Source of the DNA: Candidatus Latescibacterota bacterium
GTDB lineage: Bacteria; Latescibacterota; UBA2968
Direction: 5' to 3'
Assembly: GCA_965204375.1 (NCBI GenBank)
Contig: OZ241986.1
Location: 5,568,001 to 5,632,000 of the forward strand
Length of the DNA stretch: 64,000 nucleotides
Positions 56,527-64,000 of the stretch are shown piece after piece. The translations under genes were made by a program, and so were the position numbers. The first letter of the stretch is position 1. The number at the start of each line of letters is the position of its first letter. Under the pieces are notes generated by a model. The model was not told the origin of the DNA, ran no database searches, and saw only the letters and a program-made list of their open reading frames with translations.

Positions 56527-59500
56527 ATGACCAGAAAACCCACATCTGAAAAAGACTTTGAAGACGCGATTGAAGCGTGGCTGGTAGGTCGCGCTGGATA
56601 TGCCAAAGCCGATAGTCGCCAGTTCGATTCCGAACTCGGTCTGGACAAACACACGTTGCTCGCGTTTCTCAAAGAGACGCAGTCCGATACAATGGACGCG
56701 CTCAAGAGAAGCTATGGCAACGCGGTGGAGGAGGCTGTTGTCAAGCGGATTGCCTCTGAGTGCGATAAGCGCGGGTTGCTCGATGTGGTGCGGAATGGCG
56801 TGCGTGACCGGGGGCAACATCTGCGTCTGGCTTATTTTCGCCCGCCGACCCGTCTGAATGTCGAAACGGAAAAACGCTATAATCAGAATCGCCTCACGGT
56901 GATGCGACAGGTGCGTTATGATGTGGAGAGTAATCATTCGATTGATATGCTCTTGTCGCTCAATGGTCTGCCCATTGCTACGGTCGAACTCAAAAACGCT
57001 TTCACGGGACAGCGTACGGGTCACGCTATTCAGCAATATATCAAGGATCGCGTCCCCACCGTCAGAACCCCTCTTATTCAGTTCAAAAAACGCGCGCTCG
57101 TGCATTTTGCCGTTGATACCGATGACGTGTATATGACGACGCGGCTTTCGGGTGATAAGACTTTCTTCCTGCCTTTTAATACGGGTAATAAAGGTGGTAA
57201 AGGCAATCCCGACGATCACCAGTATCAGACGGGATACAAGACCGGTTATCTCTGGGAAGAAATCTGGCAGCGCGATAGTTGGCTGGATATTATCCACAGG
57301 TTTATCCACCTTCATGTGGAAAAAAGTACCGATATCGCCACGCGCAAAACGACGACCAGAGAAACCCTCATTTTTCCCCGCTATCACCAGCTCACCGCTG
57401 TTCGCAATCTGATTGCAGATACCAGAGCCAAAGGTGTGGGTCACAATTATCTGATTCAGCACAGTGCCGGGTCGGGTAAGACCAATACGATTTCGTGGCT
57501 CGCCCATCAGCTTGCCAGTATCCACGATGATGCGGATGCGCCTATTTTTAATTCGGTTGTGGTTGTTTCCGACCGGCGCAATCTGGATAAGCAGTTGCAG
57601 GATAATATCTATCAGATCGAACACAAGCAGGGTGTGGTTGTCAAAATTGATGAGGACCGCAATTCAAGTGATCTGGCTGATGAACTCAATAAGGGGACAA
57701 AGATCATTATTACGACGCTGCAGAAATTTTCTTTTTTGATGGGCAAGGTGGAGGATCTGTCAGACAGGAAATTTGCGGTGATTGTAGATGAGGCTCATAG
57801 CAGTCAGGGTGGGCGAAGTGCGAGCAATTTACGCGGTGTGTTGGGTGGACTGGAGAAAGCAGAGGCTGAGGAAGAAGATCCGCCCGATATGGAAGATTTG
57901 ATTCTTGCGGAGGCCAAACGTCGAGGGCCACAGCCGAATATCAATTTTTACGCTTTTACGGCAACGCCGAAGCACCGTACGCTCGAGATGTTTGGCGTGC
58001 GCGATGCAGAGGGCAATCCGCAGCCGTTCCATCTTTATGCCATGCGTCAGGGTATTGAAGAGGGTTTTATCCACGATGTGCTCAAGCATTATACCACGTA
58101 CAGGACGTATTACAAATTGTCCAAAGCGATTGAAGACGATCCCGAGGTGGATGAGAGCAAGGCGAAGCGGGCTATTGCGCGGTTTATGAGTTTGCATCCG
58201 CACAATATCGCGCAGAAGACGGAGATTATGGTTGAGCATTTTCGGGCTTTTACCCGTAAGAAGATTAATGGCAATGCGAAGGCGATGGTTGTGACGCGCT
58301 CGCGGTTACATGCGGTGCGCTACAAACAGGCTTTTGAGAAATATATTGAGGCAAGAGGATATACCGGTCTCAAAACGCTTGTGGCGTTTTCTGGAACTGT
58401 TTTCGATCCAGATGTGGAAGATAAGCAGTACACGGAGGCGAGCATGAACGGCATTAGTGAACGAGAATTGCCCGCCTATTTTGCTACGCCCGAATATCAG
58501 ATTTTGATTGTTGCGGAGAAGTATCAGACGGGTTTTGATCAACCTCTTTTGCATACGATGTTCGTCGATAAGCGGCTTGCTGATCTGAAGGCTGTTCAGA
58601 CTCTGTCGCGGCTTAACCGCACGGCGGGTGGGAAGGTAGATACGTTTGTGTTGGATTTTGCCAATGAGATTGACGAGATCAAAGAGGCGTTTAAGCCGTA
58701 TTACGAACAGACGGAGATCGATGAACCGACCGATCCCAATCACCTCTATACGCTGGATGCAAGACTGAAAAGCGAACCTGTGCTGCGCGATGAGGAGATT
58801 GGGGAATTTGCCAGGACCTATTTTAAGCTCCAATCACTTCGAACAAGGGATGATCACGGACAACTCAACAAGTGGGTCGATCCCGCTGTGGAGCGATTCA
58901 AACAATCTTATGGTGTCTCGGGTTCGGATGGGGACGCATACACGGAAGAAGGCGAGATTTTTAAAAGCACCTTGCAGAGCTTTATACGGCTGTATGGCTT
59001 TTTGAGTCAGATTATCGAATGGCAGGATCCCGCGTTGGAGAAGCTCTATGCGTATGCGAGGCATTTGTTCACAAAATTGCCTCGGCGTTCGGGCGAGGGG
59101 ATGTTGGAACTCGACGATGAAGTTGCACTTTCGCACTATCGCAACGAGATGACATTTTCTGGTAGCGGAGCTTTGGAGGTGGGAGACAAAGATTTTGTGC
59201 AGGGCGTGGGTGATGTTGGTACGGCAACGGCCAAAGACGACCATACCGCACCGCTGTCGTCTATTATTGAAGTGATCAACGAGCGGTTTGGCACCAGTTG
59301 GACGGATGAGGATAGATTGTTGTTTGATCAGATTTCAGGCGATATGGTGCGAAATGCACGTCTTGCGGAGCAGGCGCAGGCCAATTCAATAGATCAGTTT
59401 AAGCAGGTTTTTGAACCCGAAGTGATGAAGGCATTTGTTCAACGGCAGGGCAGAAACCAGAAGATTGTGAACGATTTTATGTCTGATAGAGCACTGCGCG

Positions 59501-59553
59501 ATTTCATCATGGACGCATTGCTCAAAGAGGTCTATAACGCTGCCCGAGTTTGA
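56527..59553 (+). CDS. hsdR: Type I R-M restriction subunit
   Basis: NGLP..T.ELKN, QHSAGSGKT, DEAH, FTATPK, TGFDQP, QTLSRLNR. Confidence 0.97.
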   Translation: MTRKPTSEKDFEDAIEAWLVGRAGYAKADSRQFDSELGLDKHTLLAFLKETQSDTMDALKRSYGNAVEEAVVKRIASECDKRGLLDVVRNGVRDRGQHLRLAYFRPPTRLNVETEKRYNQNRLTVMRQVRYDVESNHSIDMLLSLNGLPIATVELKNAFTGQRTGHAIQQYIKDRVPTVRTPLIQFKKRALVHFAVDTDDVYMTTRLSGDKTFFLPFNTGNKGGKGNPDDHQYQTGYKTGYLWEEIWQRDSWLDIIHRFIHLHVEKSTDIATRKTTTRETLIFPRYHQLTAVRNLIADTRAKGVGHNYLIQHSAGSGKTNTISWLAHQLASIHDDADAPIFNSVVVVSDRRNLDKQLQDNIYQIEHKQGVVVKIDEDRNSSDLADELNKGTKIIITTLQKFSFLMGKVEDLSDRKFAVIVDEAHSSQGGRSASNLRGVLGGLEKAEAEEEDPPDMEDLILAEAKRRGPQPNINFYAFTATPKHRTLEMFGVRDAEGNPQPFHLYAMRQGIEEGFIHDVLKHYTTYRTYYKLSKAIEDDPEVDESKAKRAIARFMSLHPHNIAQKTEIMVEHFRAFTRKKINGNAKAMVVTRSRLHAVRYKQAFEKYIEARGYTGLKTLVAFSGTVFDPDVEDKQYTEASMNGISERELPAYFATPEYQILIVAEKYQTGFDQPLLHTMFVDKRLADLKAVQTLSRLNRTAGGKVDTFVLDFANEIDEIKEAFKPYYEQTEIDEPTDPNHLYTLDARLKSEPVLRDEEIGEFARTYFKLQSLRTRDDHGQLNKWVDPAVERFKQSYGVSGSDGDAYTEEGEIFKSTLQSFIRLYGFLSQIIEWQDPALEKLYAYARHLFTKLPRRSGEGMLELDDEVALSHYRNEMTFSGSGALEVGDKDFVQGVGDVGTATAKDDHTAPLSSIIEVINERFGTSWTDEDRLLFDQISGDMVRNARLAEQAQANSIDQFKQVFEPEVMKAFVQRQGRNQKIVNDFMSDRALRDFIMDALLKEVYNAARV

Positions 59554-59576
59554 GAATGCAGGAGTTTTACGCACGG

Positions 59577-59628
59577 AACGGGGCAATCAGTCCACAAGAG
59601 CGGGTCACTGATTGTCCCGTTATTTTTT
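59577..59628 (+). terminator. Terminator after hsdR
   Basis: AACGGGGCAATCAGT...ACTGATTGTCCCGTT followed by a T-tract. Confidence 0.65.
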
Positions 59629-59673
59629 GACTATTATATTGCTATCTCGACAAAAAATTGTTATTATTGCAAT

Positions 59674-60879
59674 ATGATTCATAAATTTTCCATATCCAAC
59701 TTCCATTCGGTCCGCGAAGAAGTCGTTCTCGATCTACGTATTCCGGGAACAGCTCCCGACCTGCCGCGGTTCCGCCAGAGCAAAGCAAAGCCGGATATTC
59801 GGCTTCCTTCTGCCGTCGTGCTCATAGGTCCCAACGGGTCGGGCAAGACAACGCTACTCAATGCGCTGGTCACTACCGCCATCATTGCCTCATTCGCATC
59901 ATCCACTGAAAAGACCAGCCCGCTCAAGACCTTTTTCCCCTTTTTTTCTGAAGAAACCAGAAACGAACCGACGCGGTTTTGTATGGAGTTCGAAACAGAT
60001 TGGCTGGACGAGACCCATCAGTTGTTCCGATACGAGTTGGCAGTGGTACGCGGTTCTACTGGCTCCGATGATCCTTTCTTCTCTTACGAAGCCCTGTCCT
60101 ACTTCCCAAAAGGCCGCCCCAGGCGCCTTTTCGAGCGCGGTGCTCCGGAAGAACCTATATACGTCTCTAACGAATTTGGTCTTAAACCCAGAGATGATCG
60201 CCTCCAGGCGGTTCGGGCAGACACATCGGTGATCGCCACGCTCGCCATGCTCAATGTGCCCCTGGCGATGCGTATTGCAAAATGGATGTACGGTTTTCTT
60301 TCGTCATCCAATATCATGATTCGTGAGAGATGGGCTCCTTCGACCCAAAGTGTGATTGACAGACTTGAGAGCGATCCCGATATGGGATCCTGGGTTAGAA
60401 ATCATATCCGATCCAGTGATTTGGGGATTCAGGATATAACTATTTCTGACCAGTCTGAGAAAAAGGAAGTGTTCTTTGACCATCACGGGCTTGATACGCC
60501 GATCCCCCTGCGTTTTGAATCCAGTGGGACGAAGCGCCTGTTCCATCTGTTGCCTCAGATCAAGGTCGCGTTCAGCCTCGGTGTTCCTGCTGTTTTTGAT
60601 GAGATAGATGGCGATCTCCACGTGGATATTGCTGGCGAGATTCTTAGCTGGTTCCGTTCCCAGGAGGTCAATCCTTCAGGCGCACAACTTTTTGTCTCCT
60701 CTCACAATGTCGGCTTGCTCGACCATCTGGAAAAGGAGGAGATTTTTATCGTCGAGAAGGACAGCAGTGGCGCAACCCGTGTACATGGAGCACAAGATGT
60801 GCAGGGTCTCCGCCGAGATACACGTCTCTATCCCAAATACCGGGCGGGGGTGCTCGGTGGTATTCCAAAGATTGGTTAA
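59674..60879 (+). CDS. AAA_21 ATPase (RloA/AbiLi-like), no RloB partner
   Basis: GPNGSGKT, ESSGTK, FDEID..LH, AQL..SSH, ends Y..G.LGGIP. Confidence 0.85.
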   Translation: MIHKFSISNFHSVREEVVLDLRIPGTAPDLPRFRQSKAKPDIRLPSAVVLIGPNGSGKTTLLNALVTTAIIASFASSTEKTSPLKTFFPFFSEETRNEPTRFCMEFETDWLDETHQLFRYELAVVRGSTGSDDPFFSYEALSYFPKGRPRRLFERGAPEEPIYVSNEFGLKPRDDRLQAVRADTSVIATLAMLNVPLAMRIAKWMYGFLSSSNIMIRERWAPSTQSVIDRLESDPDMGSWVRNHIRSSDLGIQDITISDQSEKKEVFFDHHGLDTPIPLRFESSGTKRLFHLLPQIKVAFSLGVPAVFDEIDGDLHVDIAGEILSWFRSQEVNPSGAQLFVSSHNVGLLDHLEKEEIFIVEKDSSGATRVHGAQDVQGLRRDTRLYPKYRAGVLGGIPKIG

Positions 60880-60935
60880 AAAGTGAACTGAAAAGACTTC
60901 TCGAAATCCTCGGTCTTTGATTTTTGTCAAAAAGT

Positions 60936-60974
60936 AAAAAGGACATGCACTCGATATGAATGCGTGTCCTTTTT
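60936..60974. terminator. Bidirectional terminator
   Basis: AAAAAGGACATGCA...TGCGTGTCCTTTTT between convergent genes. Confidence 0.7.
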
Positions 60975-60994
60975 GTTTAGATGGCAAATAGGAA

Positions 60995-61840
60995 TTAACG
61001 ATCCACCACACACCGAAATCCAAGTGTATCGGTTTGGAGATTGGATTGTCGAGCGTCGCGTGCTGTTGTGCGAATGAGGAATGCCGTGCTGAACCAGGAG
61101 CCACCGCGTACGACGCGTTCGATGTGTAAGTAATGAGTTCTGAGTTCGTAGTTGACGGGATTATCACGTGGGCTACGTTGATAGTACGCGCTGTCGTATT
61201 CGTCCTGTGTCCATTCCCAAACATTGCCTGCCATGTCCAATACGCCATAAGGGCTGCGCCCGTCGCTATTGCCTTCCCGATAATATGCAACAGGTGCTGT
61301 CCCGTTGTCAAAGGGATCGCCGCTGTTGAGGTAGTTGGCTCGGTTGGGGTCTGGCTTAGCACCCCAGGGATAGATGCGCCCATCGGTTCCGCGCGCTGCT
61401 TTTTCCCATTCGGCTTCGGTGGGCAAGCGTCCGCCGAGCCATTTGCAGTATTCGCCAGCTTGAAACCAATTGATGTTGACAACGGGATGTTCGGGCGGGT
61501 CAAAGTTGGGCAGTTGACGCTCGGCAATGGCGTAGGGGTTCCATTGGGCATTGGTGATTTCTGTGCGGTCTATGTAATAGGCTTTGAGATGGACGGTGTG
61601 TTCTGGGCCTTCGTTGCGTATGCCGTTGTTGGCGCCCATTTCGAACGGGCCTTCGGGTATTAAGATGAGGGTGTGCGTTGTGCCCACATGGGTTGTGATC
61701 TGGATACCTGTTTGCGTCTGGGATATAACGTGCGGTGGCGGCTCTGGTTCTTCTGGCGGTGCAGTGGGTTTGTCTTTGCATCCGGGCAAGGAGGCAGAGA
61801 GAATGATGAGATAGAAGGATATGCGGGTAAGGGGCTTCAT
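60995..61840 (-). CDS. Formylglycine-generating-enzyme-fold (SUMF1) lipoprotein
   Basis: LPGC lipobox; RLPTEAEWEKAARG, DMAGNVWEW, RGGSW, GFRC. Confidence 0.9.
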   Translation of the reverse strand: MKPLTRISFYLIILSASLPGCKDKPTAPPEEPEPPPHVISQTQTGIQITTHVGTTHTLILIPEGPFEMGANNGIRNEGPEHTVHLKAYYIDRTEITNAQWNPYAIAERQLPNFDPPEHPVVNINWFQAGEYCKWLGGRLPTEAEWEKAARGTDGRIYPWGAKPDPNRANYLNSGDPFDNGTAPVAYYREGNSDGRSPYGVLDMAGNVWEWTQDEYDSAYYQRSPRDNPVNYELRTHYLHIERVVRGGSWFSTAFLIRTTARDARQSNLQTDTLGFRCVVDR

Positions 61841-61939
61841 AGTGGATCAGGTAGAGAATGTGTGAAGAACGGAAAAGGAATATAATGTATCTGCGCCAAA
61901 AGAGAAACCATCTGCGACCTGAGTGTGTCCAATGGGTGA

Positions 61940-62005
61940 TGGTTTTTAATTCGTTTGCGAGAAGAAGGTGACGCTTATGAAATCGAAATTACAGACTATC
62001 ACTAA
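61940..62005 (+). pseudogene. C-terminal remnant of HigB toxin
   Basis: ...EEGDAYEIEITDYH-stop overlapping the higA start. In-frame stop just upstream, and no N-terminus. Confidence 0.7.
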
Positions 62006-62333
62006 ATTGACAAAGCGACGGCTTCCGATCAACCGACCGCCAACGCACCCGGGCGAAATGTTATTGGAAGAATTTCTCAAGCCTATGGGAATCAGTCAAT
62101 CGGCCTTTGCAGTGAAATTGGGCATTTCATTCCCGCTTTTGAATAAAGTTATAAACGGCAAGCGATGTGTCACACCAGATATCGCATTGCGCCTGGCACA
62201 AGTGCTTGGCATGTCAGCGGATTTTTGGCTTGATCTGCAATCAGATTGGGATTTGTGGCATGCGATGCGAACCGAAAAAGCAGAGAAAATTGCACAACTT
62301 GAGCCATTACCCGATTTGACCTGTTCTGAATAA
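61977..62333 (+). CDS. higA: HigA-family antitoxin
   Basis: PTHPGEMLLEEFLKP, TP.IALRL, FWLDLQ..WDL. Confidence 0.9.
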   Translation: MKSKLQTITKLTKRRLPINRPPTHPGEMLLEEFLKPMGISQSAFAVKLGISFPLLNKVINGKRCVTPDIALRLAQVLGMSADFWLDLQSDWDLWHAMRTEKAEKIAQLEPLPDLTCSE

Positions 62334-62364
62334 AAAGGTCTGTGACACTCGTCACAGACCTTTT
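62333..62364 (+). terminator. Intrinsic terminator
   Basis: AAAAGGTCTGTGAC-ACTC-GTCACAGACCTTTT. Confidence 0.8.
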
Positions 62365-62496
62365 GCTTTTTACGGGTGGTCGTTTACTCAGCGGGTTGCT
62401 GTATTACGCGCTGAAAGAGAAACTATATGAGGTTTAGGTGTGTCTAACGGGCGATGGTTTTTCAAGATGCTCTATTTGTAACGGAGGCGGGTTGTC

Positions 62497-64000
62497 GTGT
62501 TTAGAAATTATCTGATTATCGCGCTGAGAAATCTCAATCGGCAAAAGACTTTTAGTGCGATCAATATTTTGGGGCTTGCCATTGGTCTGGGAACGTGCTT
62601 TTTGATCGTGCTCTATATTCAAGACGAGTTGAGTTTTGACAGTTGGCATACAAAAGGAGATCGGATCTATCGCGTGGTCCGGGAGACCCGATCTGGGGGG
62701 CAATCGGATTATTTGCCATTTACGTCTGGCGCGCTGGCACGGGCACTTGCGCGGGACTTTCCCGAGGTGGAGAAAGCCGTTCGCGTGATAACGTGGAGTT
62801 CCGTAGATGTGCGTTTGGATGAAAAAAAGTTCGAGATGGGTGTCTGTGTTGCCGATCCCGAGATGTTTGAAATTTTCGATTTTCCATTTGTGCGCGGCAA
62901 TCTCGAAACCGCATTTTCCAATCCGAACGCTATTGCCATAACAGAGTCGGCGGCAAAGTTGTTATTTGGAGACGAAGATCCGATTGGGAAGACCATCACC
63001 GCTGAGAGCAATCACCACGGAGGCGAGCGCACCATCACTGCGGTATTAAAAGATGTGCCCCACAATTCTACACTGCAATTCGATTATGTTTCAACAGGTG
63101 GATTTACGTCCCCAGGCGCAAAATACGCCTGGGAAGATTGGATACCAACCGATGGCTGGCGTCCTGTCAATACGTATTTTTTGCTGCGAGAAGGGGCGGA
63201 TCCAAAGGCGCTGTCCGCAAAATTTCCCGAATTTATCGATCGCTATATGGGTGCAGAGATCGCGCGCACAAATGCATATCATCTCCAGCCTCTCAAACGC
63301 ATTTATCTCTATTCGAGGCAGGACTACAATCTGGATTGGTACTTCGGTGATATTGACCGCGTTTATCAATTTGGGGCTATTGCTGTTCTGGTGCTTGCGA
63401 TTGGATGTATTAATTTTACAAATTTGACCACGGCGCAATCTGCTCGCAGGGCGCACGAGGTGGGTTTGCGAAAGGTGTCGGGTGCGTATCGCTCGCAACT
63501 GATGGGGCAGTTTTTGGGCGAGTCTGTTCTCACGGCATTGGTCGCGCTTGTGCTCGCGCTCGTTGCTGTCAAATTGGTGCTGCCCGAGTTTAATGCCTTT
63601 TTCTTTAAGCAGATTGAGTTGAATTTGTCGAGTGATCCTTTGCTCGCCATTGCTTTGATTGGTATTGCCGTATTCGTCGGGCTATTGGCTGGTGTTTATC
63701 CCTCGTTTTTTCTTTCGGCGTATGAACCCACAGAGACGCTAAAGGGAGCGTTTCGCGCGGGTTCTCGGGGGCAGTGGATTCGAAAGGGGCTGGTGGTGGC
63801 GCAATTTGCTATTTCAATTATCCTGCTTGCGAGTACGGGGGTGATCTATCGCCAACTCGATTATATTAAAAATAAGAACCTGGGTTTTAATATGGAGCAG
63901 ATGGTGCTCATACCCATATTTGTGTTGGATCAGGAGACAAAATCGGATCCTGGACAAAAGCTCGCCGCCCGTTATACGACGGTGAAGGAAGCATTTCGCG
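62497..64000 (+). CDS. MacB/FtsX-type ABC permease (runs off window)
   Basis: GGAGG + GTG; MFRNYLIIALRNL..INILGLAIG, CINF.NL, EVGLRK..GA. Confidence 0.88.
   Translation, partial: MFRNYLIIALRNLNRQKTFSAINILGLAIGLGTCFLIVLYIQDELSFDSWHTKGDRIYRVVRETRSGGQSDYLPFTSGALARALARDFPEVEKAVRVITWSSVDVRLDEKKFEMGVCVADPEMFEIFDFPFVRGNLETAFSNPNAIAITESAAKLLFGDEDPIGKTITAESNHHGGERTITAVLKDVPHNSTLQFDYVSTGGFTSPGAKYAWEDWIPTDGWRPVNTYFLLREGADPKALSAKFPEFIDRYMGAEIARTNAYHLQPLKRIYLYSRQDYNLDWYFGDIDRVYQFGAIAVLVLAIGCINFTNLTTAQSARRAHEVGLRKVSGAYRSQLMGQFLGESVLTALVALVLALVAVKLVLPEFNAFFFKQIELNLSSDPLLAIALIGIAVFVGLLAGVYPSFFLSAYEPTETLKGAFRAGSRGQWIRKGLVVAQFAISIILLASTGVIYRQLDYIKNKNLGFNMEQMVLIPIFVLDQETKSDPGQKLAARYTTVKEAFR

Overview
Bacterial chromosomal segment. 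The many PhyH/TauD dioxygenases, the EF-hand/dockerin-like tail and the repeat families resemble Latescibacterota/Gemmatimonadota-type sponge-symbiont genomes, but this is inference only. 1-12.4 kb is a mosaic metal-starvation island. It has a visibly GC-rich block (CbiM, CbiN-like, fused CbiQ-CbiO, two COG0523 GTPases, WD40), then a lower-GC block (ZrgBCD-like ABC/DUF3299, MerC-like, His-rich lipoproteins, a CxxC/RSPP leader-type peptide and a TonB receptor). 12.5-44.3 kb is mostly housekeeping and catabolic genes: ChdC, SDRs, ZTP-riboswitch-controlled AICAR transformylase, a MerR-sigma70 operon, thyA, folA, rimO, psd, a RluA-family synthase and CoA enzymes. These are interrupted by repeat-bounded accessory cassettes (UDG-like, PD-(D/E)XK, two AlbA_2 ATPases, TA fragments). 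44.3-60.9 kb is a defence island built on a type I R-M operon. hsdM and hsdS are split by a RAYT transposase with GTAG-REPs. hsdS and hsdR are split by a bacterial ubiquitin-like (Bub-type) operon: triple-Ubl-E2 fusion, JAB-E1 fusion, DUF6527, and an overlapping OLD-like ATPase-TOPRIM gene. Next to it are a divergent HTH + IrrE-type (CapH/CapP-like) pair with two visible operators and further small cassettes. The best candidate for a new system is the ubiquitin-like operon coupled to the ATPase-TOPRIM gene inside the R-M locus. All family calls come from motif recognition by eye; no searches were run.
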